From NCBI RefSeq assembly GCF_001194135.2, contig NC_068984.1, forward strand, positions 75,390,370 to 75,450,860: a DNA stretch of 60,491 bases, in the 5' to 3' direction. Source of the stretch: Octopus bimaculoides. Its lineage: Eukaryota. This document shows, piece after piece, positions 11,032 through 22,910 of the stretch. A program made the position numbers and the translations under genes. The notes under the pieces are model-generated. The model was not told where the DNA came from and made no database searches. It saw only the letters and a list, made by a program, of their open reading frames with translations. Every line of letters starts with the position of its first letter. Within the stretch, counting starts at the first letter, position 1.

Positions 11032-11088
<57 letters not shown>

Positions 11089-11289
11089 GCAAATGTCCCA
11101 CAGAACTTATATCAATTTTGTCGGTTTTGCTGTATGAAGCGTAGTGTTGTTGACGAGGACGAGAATAATAGCATTCTTTTTGCACAATCTTCGTAAAACA
11201 ATTTTATCATCAGAAAAGAGGAAGTACATTTATTATCAATCTGTGGGGTTCAGTAAGTGTTCTAAAGGATATTAGTTCGATAAAAGATT

Positions 11290-11642
11290 ACATCCACGAA
11301 GATTGGCTTTCATTTACATGTTATTAAACAAGAACCGTGGAAGGTAAATTTTAATCCCGATACAACACCCATATTCTTTTAGGTAACTCGCAAAGAGACA
11401 TATCACAATCTTCTCGGCATGGAAACTTAAGGATGTGGGCACTAACTAGCTACAACATCTACAGGAAGATACCTTCTAAGAGCAGGCCATATATTAAAGG
11501 GTCAGAAAGATGTTCTGTATGCTTACTAGAAAAAAATTATATCTTTGAATACCCTGCAAGCATCTGTGGACTGTATAAACAAGAGCGAAATTTTCTCATC
11601 ATGCCCACACATTATGTACTATATTTTCGCTGGAATTAAAGA
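11290..11642 (+). mobile_element. Degenerate GIY-YIG C-terminal fragment of a third PLE family (PLE-C)
   Basis: Across frameshifts: WKLKD...YNI..KI.SKSRPYIKGSERCSVCLLEKNYIFEYP...INKSEIFSSCPH, matching the recalled WKI...PY..G..RC.LCL.EK..I...LNK.SE....C.H tail of PLE endonucleases. Confidence 0.65.
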
Positions 11643-12094
11643 TAAACCGCCAGGTTGATCATAAATTATTAATTTGATTGTGATTCTATCGGTGAATATA
11701 TTCCCGGTGCCATTATGTTTGTAAAGATATATCTATTGATCTCAACTCTTTATTCACCAAACGCCTAAATACTGATAACATATCTATATCTCAACTTCTA
11801 TAATTCCAACCATCTCACTCTTTGTTTTTCGTTTGTGCTTCCCGTGTTGTTTCACCAAATTCCCCCACCACCCACCTTATAAGAGTTTGGCTGTAATTGC
11901 TGTTCAGTGAATCATTTCTCGTTGATCACTCTCTGTCTTTTTCAAACACAATGTGCACATTTAAACATCACTTAACTCATACACAGTTGCTAACTCACCA
12001 TGGTGATATTACCACTTTCAGAAATGGTGAAATAAATTTAATATTCCGGCCAGGAAAGTCTTGGTAGCGGGATTTTACATGATTTTTGTGTGGT

Positions 12095-12200
12095 TATATC
12101 GACCCCCACTGCTCAACTGGTATTTATTTTATCGATCTCGAAAGGATGAAAGGCAAAGTCAGCCTCGGCGGAATTTGAACTCAGAACGTAAAAAACAGAA
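12095..12200 (-). mobile_element. SINE family A fragment
   Basis: aaggatgaaaggcaaagtcagcctcggcggaatttgaactcagaacgt is the reverse complement of the family body. Confidence 0.8.
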
Positions 12201-12302
12201 GGCTGCTAAAGGACATATAACGTGCTTACGGACATATAATTGTGCGTGTGTGTGTGTGTGTGTGAGAGAGAGTGTGTGTGTGTGTCTGTGTGTGTGTGTG
12301 TG

Positions 12303-12334
<32 letters not shown>

Positions 12335-12602
12335 CGTGTGTGTGTGTAAGCTTGTTACCAGTTCAAATATGTTTGAGATGTATTCGAATCCCTAAGAAGA
12401 CTTTTTTCTACATTTTGTCATGGAGAAATATTCTCATCCATGTTTGCAAACATTTTGAAGTAGTGAACTTCAGCGAGAATATTTCTGGTTGACAAAATGT
12501 AGTGAATGGGCTTCTTAAGTAATACAGTTCTATATTTAAGAGATGAGGAATTATGTACATTATTTACATTTCCCGGACATTTGTCCTCATCTTATTTGTT
12601 GT

Positions 12603-12650
12603 AAACACAACGTTTTGGCTGATATACCCTCCAGCCTTCAACAGGTGTCT
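12603..12650 (-). ncRNA. Minimal hammerhead-ribozyme-like motif in PLE-B 3' UTR
   Basis: AGACAC-CUGUUGA-A-GGCUG(GAGGGUAUAU)CAGCC-AAAA-C-GUU-GUGUUU: 6-bp stem I, 5-bp stem II, palindromic ACGU stem III, GUU triplet. Deviations are U6 and G12 to A. Confidence 0.7.
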
Positions 12651-12752
12651 TGGGAAAATGTCGAACCTAGATTCTCATTCCTAAGGTATTTTCGATGTTG
12701 TTGTTGTTATTATTATTATTATTAATATCATTATTATTATTATTATTATTCA

Positions 12753-12825
12753 GGTCACTGCTTGGAATCGAACTCAGAATCTTGGGGTTAGTAGCTTGCG
12801 CTCTTAACCACTTCGCCATATGCCC
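12753..12825 (-). promoter_or_regulatory. tRNA-like Pol III type-2 promoter module (not a functional tRNA)
   Basis: A-box TGGCGAAGTGG and B-box GTTCGATTCC are 34 nt apart; acceptor and T stems do not pair properly. It starts 8 nt after the PLE-B stop codon. The same boxes occur at 33723-33772. Confidence 0.75.
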
Positions 12826-13139
12826 GTGGGCAATTATGGTGCTAAATCTAATATTTTCCTATCCATCCTTAATACCGGTTCCCATATGCTACTCATATCT
12901 GCACTCGGTCTGCTTAGGAGGTTGTTGTGTCCTAGCATATGTACTGCTTCTTTTAATTTTCGAATTTTCCAGTGGTGTTCTCTGTCTAATATTTTAACTT
13001 CATCCCACAGGGGAAGGGCTTCTTAGAGGTTCGAACGTGTCGCAAATATATTTGAACTGGTAACAAGTTTATATTTATATAAATCACTGCTTAGCACTTC
13101 TGATCCGTATTACATACATACATACATACATACATATAC

Positions 13140-13240
13140 AGGACGGACTTCCACTGTTATCCGTCTCCGTATAAGAAATTCACTCTCACTAGACACTGAT
13201 TGGCCCGGGGTTGTATAAGAAGACATCTCTCAAGATGCTG
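13140..13240 (-). mobile_element. Degenerate SINE family E 5' part
   Basis: gacggacttcc...ccgtct...aaattcactc...ggcccgggg.tgtata.gaagaca resembles 19873-19960; adjacent to (TACA)n. Confidence 0.5.
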
Positions 13241-13297
13241 CGATCTTCTTAACCTTACAGTCATTTCCGCGCCTATCACATGTCTGTCTGTCTGTCA

Positions 13298-13351
<54 letters not shown>

Positions 13352-14039
13352 GATTATTTGTTTATAAAATAATTTCGTTTCGGTTTTCTTTGAGATTAAC
13401 CTTGTCACTGTTGCTATATATAAAACCACCTCACTTCCTTTAAAACACTGCCTTTAAAATAGTTTAAGCTACTCTCTCNNNNNNNNNNNNNNNNNNNNNN
13501 NNNNNNNNNNNNNNNNNNNNNNNNNNNNNNNNNNNNNNNNNNNNNNNNNNNNNNNNNNNNNNNNNNNNNNNNNNNNNNNNNNNNNNNNNNNNNNNNNNNN
13601 NNNNNNNNNNNNNNNNNNNNNNNNNNNNNATATATATATATATATATGTATACATATGTCCACACACACACACGTGTGTGTGTGTGTGTGTACATATATT
13701 CGCGCAAAACTAGGATTGCATTATATGGTGAGACGTCGGGAAATTCACTTCTTCCGTGTTTGTGTAGACTTAAGGCCGCAGAGTTCATCATTTATAAATT
13801 TAGCTTTGGGCAGCACTTCAGTAAAGACAGCACTAAACCTGTACATTCTTGTAGAATTTTTGCTTAAAAAAAAGCAATCCTGCTGTATTTTGAGAAATAA
13901 TTATATTACTCGCTCTAAGCGTTACATAAAAAAGTGACTCACACACACACACACATATACATAGGCTTTTATATATACTTATATTATATGTATATACATA
14001 CATATATGTCTATAACACTTCATATAAATACATGCATAA

Positions 14040-14089
<50 letters not shown>

Positions 14090-14532
14090 TCATATAAATG
14101 TTTGTATAAATTCACTTATTCCCGAGTACTGTCTGTTGATTCCATTTAGCAGTTGATCGAACTTCAGTCATTTAAATCTGTTTTAAAATCGATATTTTCA
14201 TCTTAATTGAATAGATACCTATGTCGAATAATTGTTCTTAATGACAAAGTCTATGTTTTGCAGAGAAGGTCTAATCAGATGGAAATGTCTCCGAAATCAT
14301 TAAAATGGTATTAGTCATTGTGATAATATCTTTTTTCTGTCCTCATAAATATTTCAAATATGATTTACAATACTTGCTACATTACGTGTATGTGTTAACA
14401 CTATTTTAACTATTGTTTTTCCATGTGGATGGTGCCATAGAATATATAAACTCTATGATTAATCTTTTCAACATATTCTTCTTTTTTTTTTTTTTTTCGC
14501 TCTTATTCGTTTGTCATATTTTACATCAGCGT

Positions 14533-14750
14533 AAGGTGGCGAGCTAGCAGAATCGTTAGTTCGCTGGACACAATGCTTAGCAGCATTTCATCCGTCTTTA
14601 TGTTCTCATTTCAAATTCCACTGAGGTTGACTTTGACTTTCACCTATTCGGGGTCGATAAAACAAGTATCAACCACGCATTGGGGTCAATGTAATCGACT
14701 CACACCCTCCCTCAAATAATTTCAGGTTTTATGCCTATAGCAGAAAGGAA
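14533..14750 (+). mobile_element. SINE family A, near full length
   Basis: aaggtggcgagctagcagaatcgttag...tcaaattcc...gactttcacctattcggggtcgataaaacaagta...gtaatcgact. Confidence 0.85.
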
Positions 14751-14766
14751 TATTTCCCATCGGCTT

Positions 14767-14872
14767 AAGGTGGTGAGTTGACAGAATTGTTAATACGCCG
14801 GCCAAAATGCTTAGCGGCATTTCGTCGGTCTTTATGTTCTGATTCAAATTCCGCCGAGGTCGACTTAGCCTT
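14767..14872 (+). mobile_element. SINE family A, 3'-truncated
   Basis: Head through ccgccgaggtcgacttagcctt. Confidence 0.85.
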
Positions 14873-15255
14873 GTATAATATGTACCAATTCATTTTTTAA
14901 CGTTTTAGATTTATCGTAAGCTATACGACATTTATACGTATCAATTTGGGGCTTGGTACTCTCTTTTGTCTTAAATGTCCAGTATCATTTCAATTTCGAG
15001 TAGTTTATTCCTGATTTCAAAGAAATAAAACTGAAGGATACGTTGATATATCTTATGTAACAGGTTTGAAAATAAACAAAAACGAAATTGGCATGCAGTA
15101 GTTTGTATCAACCACATGACATATTCCTCTTTCAAATGTTCATCAGAAGAGGTTTTTTTTTATTTCGGGTAAAACTAATTACTGATTGATTAACGCATAT
15201 TATATTATAAAAGTTGGAATAACTGAAGCTTTAGTATCCTCTGTTGTATTTATAA

Positions 15256-15465
15256 TGGTTTCAAATTTTGGCACAAAGCCAGCAGTTTCGGGGTAGGGGT
15301 AAGTCGATTACATCAATCCCTGTGTTCGACTGGTACTTACTTTAACAACAACGAAATATTGAAAGACAAAGTCGACCCCGGCAACATTTGAACTCAGAAT
15401 ATAAAGTCGAAAGAAATGCCGCTAAGCACTTTTCCTGGCGTGGTAAAGATTCTGCCAGCTCATCA
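15256..15465 (-). mobile_element. SINE family A, near full length
   Basis: Reverse complement of the family consensus from head to the ccaaaatttgaaacca tail. Confidence 0.85.
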
Positions 15466-16731
15466 CTTTCTCGGTTAATTTCATAATAAGAATCTGTCTA
15501 CTCTTATCATCTGCATTAATCTAAGATTAAGTATTCCATTCTATATTGTTTTTGATTTTATTTCCAGTCATCGCAGACAATTAGTTTCTTTTACATAAAC
15601 ATAGATATAAAGGGTAAATGAAATGAGATAAATCTGCGGGTCAAAGATACTGTCATCCACCAATTTTAACGGATTTCGTGGCATAGAAAGGGCTTTCATC
15701 AAGGAAGTTATTCCCTAGTGATGAGGTATTGCTTGGTATGGATGACACCAGTATCTGTTGAACAGTAAAATTATGTTGCCACGCATTCATGTCCTACAAC
15801 TGACCTAAAGGTAGAGGCTCTTTATAGACAGCAATGCGGTGAAAGCATTAATATTTTGGATGTCTGATTAAAAATGAGGTCTAAATTTTTCCTGGCAGTA
15901 TTTAATCCATGTGATCGATTAAATAAAGTACCAGTCAAATACTGGTTCTATGTAATCGACTAATCCCCACACTTCAAAAATTGCTAGCTTTGTGCCTAAA
16001 TGTATATATAGTATTTTGTGTCATCAGATAACATATTCTTTTATATAAATCCACTCACGTATCATCTTCCTTTTGTACTTATCATAATAACGATAGGAAG
16101 AATCACAAATTCAAAGTATGAAGACGTTTGTCACCATTTCTGGCAATAAACAATCCTTGATGGTTGACTGATAACAAGGCTGCAGGTAAAAGTAATTCTA
16201 CCGTTTAACAGATGGTTTTCATGCAAAGCAAAATTTCACCAGTTTTGATTTAACTTCTCAGGTGACAAACTTTAAATGCTGTCAAACACATCTAGTTTAG
16301 CGGACGAAATTTGCACTGATCTCACCTTTATTTTCTTTCCTTTTTTCCTAAACAGCTATACGAAACGACTCAAAAAAAAAACTGAACTTTGATTTAAATT
16401 CGGTAATTATTGTGATTTACATGTGAGACACAAAAACATCCAAACGCGTGTCTGCAGGTGATGCGAGAGGAGGAAAGAAGCAACAATATACAAAAGAAAA
16501 GAATTGTGAAAATTGAATCAGTTGCAAACTTTCATTCATACAGATAATGGAAAGGAAAAGTCATTTTCATAAATACAATATACAGTAGCAAGCATCAAAA
16601 CGATTCGAACTTTCAAACTATGATTTATGTTAAACAATAATTAATATCTTCTACTGCGAAGAGGAAAATTGAACTCTCACTGAACAATGCGGAAGAAAAA
16701 ATGTCGTGCAACTGGAACAAAATACTATATA

Positions 16732-16943
16732 ATGATTTTAAATTTTGGCACGAGGCCAGCAATTTCGGGAGAAGAATAAGTCGATTACATCGACTCCAAG
16801 GTTCAGTTGGTATTTATATATCGACCCTGGAAGGACAAAAGGCAAAAATCGATTCCCGTGAAAGTTTAATTCAGAACGTAAAGACGGACGAAATGCTGGT
16901 GAGCAATTTGCCCGGCATACTAACGATTCTGCCAGCTCACCGC
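16732..16943 (-). mobile_element. SINE family A, near full length
   Basis: Same family motifs on the minus strand. Confidence 0.85.
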
Positions 16944-16961
16944 GTTACAAATTAGGATATT

Positions 16962-17192
16962 CAATAATCCCTCGACTATCGTGAGTGTTACGTTCCGAAC
17001 GAGAGGAGAAAATCAGCGAAGTAGAAACAATACTGTACTGTATATATTTTTTTATTTTATTATAAATGAAAAACAACACCACAGAGGAATCGACGTAAGC
17101 TTAAATAATATACCGCGATATGTGAACCGCGATATGTGAACCGCGATATGTGAACCGCGATAGGTAAACCACGATATGGGGAGGGATTACTG
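16962..17192. mobile_element. pogo/Tigger-like MITE with a subterminal 14-bp tandem repeat
   Basis: Left end caataatccctcgactatcgtg; right end revcomp cagtaatccctccccatatcgtg. ccgcgatatgtgaa x3 plus 2 degenerate units lie next to the right TIR. TA target duplications are degenerate. Confidence 0.65.
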
Positions 17193-17231
17193 TCTTAACA
17201 AGTTAAACATCAAGATCGATCGATGCAAACC

Positions 17232-17345
17232 ACCACATTTCACCTTGCCCCACTCCACTGACCTATAAATGAGCAACCCTGACAAAGACTGGCTTTCCGT
17301 TTACAGAGAACTTTAACTTGGTTGCCTACCCATTGGGTGGCATCA
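17232..17345 (+). mobile_element. CORE/V-like SINE body fragment
   Basis: cacatttcaccttgccccactccactgacctataaatgagcaaccctgacaaagactggc resembles 2545-2612. Confidence 0.45.
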
Positions 17346-17376
17346 TAACAATATCCGATAGTTTGGTCTCGATACA

Positions 17377-17379
<3 letters not shown>

Positions 17380-17416
<37 letters not shown>

Positions 17417-17652
17417 CACACTCATACATATATATGCGCACACACACGCACACATACATACACATACACACATAAACATATACACACACACACATATACA
17501 TATACACACATATATATACATATTTAAATATATAATTGTATATATAATTATATATATACATACATATGTATATGTACATATGTATATATACATATATATA
17601 CACAAATATATAAACATATATATATAAACATATATATATATATATATATATA
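17380..17652. repeat. (TA)n/(CA)n mixed microsatellite
   Basis: Direct reading. Confidence 0.95.
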
Positions 17653-18122
17653 TCAAATGGATGTCTTACAGAAATATTCCACCATACAATAGCAGCCATA
17701 CCAACAATCCGACATACCTCCATCATCAGCTGCTCCACATATATCACTATGGTTTAGACACCTGAGCAGTACCATTCAAACTGGTGGTGTCAACAGTACT
17801 AAAATAAGTGTTGTTTGGGAACAAACATACCTTAGATATCACCACATGCATTCGATCTTAATTCTAGGAAGGATTGAACTCTAACATTATTTATTAAACT
17901 ACAACAAAGAAACACATTTTCCCAATGTACAAAAACAGTATCGGTAAATTAACTCAATATTCCCACCAGACTTCCATAGTTATTAATATAAAAGTGAAAG
18001 CCTTTATTTTCTATTCTTTCAAAACAAAACAAACCCGATTAAACTTAACTAATAATATAACTAATTCTGAGTGAATTACACTATTTCATAACCCAAAAGT
18101 TAGTATTAAAATACTCTATATG

Positions 18123-18200
<78 letters not shown>

Positions 18201-19620
18201 CACATAAATGAATAGGTAATGTAGCCCTCGGGCCCTCGGTACATTCTACCTGAATAAAAGATCTGTCATAGCTGAAATACCTACGCTCATGGACGTGTTC
18301 AATCGATGCTGATGTTTTTCTAAACACAAAAAAGAAAAACAGAAAGAAAGAGAAATGACAATTCGAAAAGCTATTAATGGTCTGACTCGGTCTAGCCTAA
18401 TGCCAAAAGGAAAAAAAGATCAAATATACAACAGAAGGGCCTTACTAGAACGGCTACAACTCAACGCTTATTTTATGAATTGTATGTTTAATGGAAGCAT
18501 ATATCTAATTTCAGTGTATGAGCCTCGCTTTCTTTACCTTTGCGGTCTCTAATGAATAACGACACTCCACCTACCTCTGCTGATGAGGCTTATATCGCAA
18601 TAATCAACGGAATCAACTTCCACCCTTCTACTATTGATCTATGTTTACAGTGTAACGAAACTACGTGTAGCACGCTTGTTCTTTGTGTCCGACTTCACCA
18701 CACCATCATTGTTTTCATGTGCTTCAACTTAAGTAGTATTATTCATCGAGAGAATGTACGTCAATAGATTGTACTGAAGTAACACTATTTAATCTTCTTA
18801 TTGCCATGAGCTGTAGAGAGAGGAGGGGGAGAAGGAGGACGAGTGAAAGACAGAGACTAAGCTCCTAACTGGAGCTGTTGTACTATATTTGCATGGCAAA
18901 TTCTCTCTGTTTTCATCTACCATCTTTTTTTCTCTTTCTTTTCTTTCCTCGATCCTATCATTTCCTTAGTTAGGCCGGAGAGAATTTAATACTTTACTCT
19001 GGATACATCACAGAACCAATGAGCGATTGGAAATGCATTCCAAGACTATTTAGCTATGACACCGTTATCATATCCACAAAGTTATTTACAATATTTCAAG
19101 GAAATTTTTATTTCTTAAGTATAAAGTTTAGAGTCCATTCCTCTGCTGGCTATTGATCACAAATGTAAATTACTGACACGCCAATCAAGAGTTTTGAAAT
19201 AATTCTCCCGGGAATTGAAATTGTATTGCAAAGTCAACAATGTTCAAGATTACTGCTTCTCTACGGCAACTGCACAGTTATGAATTTCCTAATTATAATC
19301 ATACAATATACATTGGCATAAGGCCACTCACTTTAGGAGAAGTGTTTTTGATGCTAGTGACTTCCAAATCACTCTGTTGGACTTATTTCATTGACACCTG
19401 AAAATTTAAAGGGCGAACTAGACGCCACTTGGATTTAAAATCAAGATGTAAAGACACATAATTAGATATTGAAGACGTTTTGTTTGGACCATTTGTTTCC
19501 CCATTCTGGTTTCGAACATCTTTAAAATTATTATTAAGTTCAGAATTTCGTGAAAATAACATTAATGTAAGTTAAAATCATTTCATCAGAACTGAATTTT
19601 AATATAAAAATATCGTTTAT

Positions 19621-20033
19621 ATTTTACTTGTTTCAGTCATTAGACTGCGTCCATGCTGGGGCAACGTCTTGAAGAATGTTTAGTCGAATAAATCGACCCA
19701 GGACTTAACTTTTATTAAGTTTGGTACTTATTCTATCGTTTTTATTTTTTGCCGATACAGTAAGTTACGGGGACGTAAACACACTAACACCACTTGTCAA
19801 ACGCACACTAACACCACTTGTCAAACGCGCGCGCGCGGGCACACACACACACATAGATATAAATTTATATACGACGGGCTTCTTTCAGTTTCCGTCTACC
19901 AAATCCACTCACAAGGGTTTGGTCGGCCCCAAACTATAGTAGAAGGCGCTTGTCCAAGGTACCATGCAGTGAGACTGAACCCAGAACCATATAGCTGGAA
20001 AGCAAACTTCTGACCAACAGCCACACCTGCGCC
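19621..20033 (-). mobile_element. SINE family E, full length (tRNA head, CORE-like, internal microsatellite, 3' tail)
   Basis: Minus strand ggcgcaggtgtggctg...gggttcagtctcactgcatggtaccttggacaag...ggaaactgaaagaagcccgtcg, then a microsatellite, then gccccagcatggacgcagtctaatgactgaaacaagtaaaa. Includes an internal 24-bp tandem duplication. Confidence 0.85.
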
Positions 20034-20523
20034 AACAAAAATGTTTAACAAGGGTACCTTGTAATTCCAGGTAGAGATTGAAACCTCAGCATCTATATTA
20101 TTGTGCTACTTACCAACACCTTTACCCACTACGCCATAAAAGCAGCATTACTGAAAGATATCATTAGAGGATGGCACAGCCAATCGATTTGACGCCAGTG
20201 TATGTATGATTAATACGTATTATATAGGAGACAGAACGATGAAAAACAAAGCTACTTCAAACTTATTTGAAACAGGAGCTTAACAGAACTTAACTAAATA
20301 CAGTAGAAGTAGTAGGTATATATAAATTACAACGAATGGATTTGCCGTTTCGCAATTCAATTTGTTGTAATTTATTTATATCACTGTAATTTATATATAT
20401 CTACGTTTCGAATAAATCTCATTCTTCAAACACAGAGACAAAACAACGCAAAGGCCTAAACAATAGGCTGTAAGGATATACATGAGAAAAGAAGTTGAAA
20501 ATGATGTTGAGATGTAGATGTGA

Positions 20524-20559
<36 letters not shown>

Positions 20560-21332
20560 ATTAATACATTCCCACGAGTTGCAAAAGATTCCTTTGTTAC
20601 TCTGACTCACCAACTTGCCAAAATACAGTGTAAAACATTTAATTTAGCACTTTATCGCGTCTAGTTTAGCATTGTAGAGGGGGATGATAGAATTCCTGGC
20701 AACCTGATTTGAGCTGGAGCTATTTTCCACTAGTACAAAAAATAATAATAAGTCTACTTGAAAGTATTGTATTGTAACAAAATAGTTAACATTTTAAGGC
20801 AAATGGTTTTCAAGTCACAAACGTATTTATATTTATTTATGCTTCTAAAGAAAGTGTCATAGACGTGGATGTTCGATAGAGTCACACCAATGTCTGCTTG
20901 TGCTTGAGGATCCACACATCCTTCTCATTTGCTGATGCATTCAAAATAAATAAATATCAGCGTGCCAACTTCATGTATTGCTTCAAACAAAAGCTTTCGA
21001 AAACATTATTTTGCATACGTCAATTGTCTACCTCAATCCAACAGTAGTCCAATATTTGTTTCGTCTAGGAGTCTGATATTGCCTTACTGCTCAACTATGG
21101 TGCATATCTTTTGGTTTGGTTTTGATGTGGGTGAAAATGCTATTAGTATAGAACTTGAAGTTGTTGCTATTGTTGTTGTTGTTAATGACGATGATGATGA
21201 TCGTGGCAGAAGTGGTAGCGATGGAGATGGTGCTGAAGATTACGATGAGGGATGATCAGGTGCTGTTGAAGATGAGGACAATGATGTAAAAGATGATAAT
21301 AATGTTGATTTTAATAACGATGGTGAAAATGA

Positions 21333-21377
<45 letters not shown>

Positions 21378-22248
21378 CGATTCTTTTCTTGTGTAGCCCC
21401 GAGTGTCCTGCGTCCTTACTACACGTATCCTGTTATCATTGATATAGTAACGTGTTAGTCTTTATTCTGATGTTGTTGTTGTTGGTGGTGCTGCTGTTGA
21501 TAATGATGAAGAAGTAGCGAAGGGGGTAACATGAATAATAAGTAGATATATTGAACACTTCGAGAGTATAAAGAGTAAACAATTATGCAGATAGCGAAGA
21601 GAAAAGAAAAAGAGGTGGGGAATTATCATTTTCTTTATTAAAAAGAAATATTCCAAGGAGACGTCTTCTTTACACTTCTGTCAAACGCTAACACCTTTAA
21701 CTAACATATCATACCAGGTTGAAGAATTCAGTCACATCAGCAATAAGCATTGAAAGAAGAATAAAAAGCAAAGTAAAACATGAAACTAAATGAAATATTC
21801 TACAAAAATAAAATTAAAAAACCGAAGAAAGCAAAAGAAAAAACACAAAACTCTCAATAGCAAGCACAAAAATAACTATATTCATAAAGATAAGAAAAAG
21901 AGAAGCAACAAGTTTCTAAAGTATAAAACTTTTATAAAGACTGCAATAACAATCTCAATAACAAACAAAACAAAATGGCTAACTATAACAGAAACACTAA
22001 TTAAAACAAGGTGCTTTTAGTATAGTAGGATAATATTTGAGAAAGATTTGGGTAGCAAGTTGAATGACCGCGCGTTAAGGCTATTTGATTTAACAACAAA
22101 AACATACCAATAAAAATCAAAGGCACCATTCACAACATACATAAAATTCAGTAAGGAAAGCAAAACGACGCTCAAACATACTTAGAACAATCACTGGGAC
22201 CATATTTGGCCAACAGAAAGAAACAACAACAATGGCATACAAACAATT

Positions 22249-22463
22249 AAGATGGTGAGCTGGCAGAATGGTTAACACATGGGACAAATTACTTAGTGGC
22301 ATTTCGTCTGTCTTTACGTTCCGAGTTCAAATTTCACCGAAGTCGACTTTGCCTTTCATCCTTTCGGAGTTGCTAAAATTAGTATCAGTTGAGCAATGGA
22401 GTTGCTGTAATTGACTTCTCCACTCCCTTTAAAATGGCAGCCCTTGTGCCAAAGCTTGAAACA
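22249..22463 (+). mobile_element. SINE family A, full length
   Basis: ggtgagctggcagaatggttaac...gagttcaaatttcaccgaagtcgactttgcctttcatcctttcgg...cccttgtgccaaa. Confidence 0.9.
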
Positions 22464-22910
22464 AAAAAGTGTAGAATCAATACATTAGATGCATCAGGGA
22501 CTGTGCTAGTTCTAACTGGACGGTCAGTCTCTCCTGAACAAATCACAATCAACTAAAAAATTGTACAAAAATACATAATATGCATCATAGCAAGTAGTAC
22601 ATACGTCACCTATACAACAAAACAAATATACTAAAATGTAAAGACTACCTGGACACGTGAGGTGCACAGTTTGTTGCCCCAACAAGCTTCAGCCACACAC
22701 CTATTGTAACTACACGAGAAACCACTTTCAACCACTCAGGGGCATATACAATATTCCAGAGTACTTACGAAAGCAGCATTCTCAAATCATTGTCTCTCAA
22801 CTCACCCACTCAGCCCAGACAAATATAAATAAACATATACACAGAGGTTAGCTCTAGCGTCAATAGCCTCACTGGCACCAAATACTGAGTGGGACACACA
22901 TCGCTAACGA

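Larger units (their letters stand above)
12520..13017 (-). mobile_element. 3' end of Penelope-like family B (PLE-B): GIY-YIG tail, tRNA-like module, (AAT)n, hammerhead motif
   Basis: Minus strand LPLWDEVKILDREHHWKIRKLKEAVHMLGHNNLLSRPSADMSSIWEPVLR...P* (stop 12834-12836), nearly identical to 33781-33960. The downstream modules are listed separately. Confidence 0.85.

Noticed and set aside
12753-12825. Functional tRNA gene (loop CTACTAA)
   Set aside because: Acceptor and T stems do not pair; only the promoter boxes are intact. SINE heads elsewhere in the window fail in the same way.
13748-13865. Minus-strand 113-nt open segment after a T-tract
   Set aside because: Weak AAG acceptor, non-consensus donor and no recognisable peptide.
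15132-15156. Minus-strand CTGATGA...GAAA as a hammerhead (also a similar motif near 15675-15706)
   Set aside because: No pairable stem II or III and no NUH cleavage site.
17110-17180. CRISPR-like or other spaced repeat array
   Set aside because: The units are contiguous with no spacers, lie inside a MITE, and the context is eukaryotic.
20962-21340. Acidic ORF (VVVVNDDDDD...)
   Set aside because: Derived from degenerate (GTT)n/(GAT)n trinucleotide repeats.
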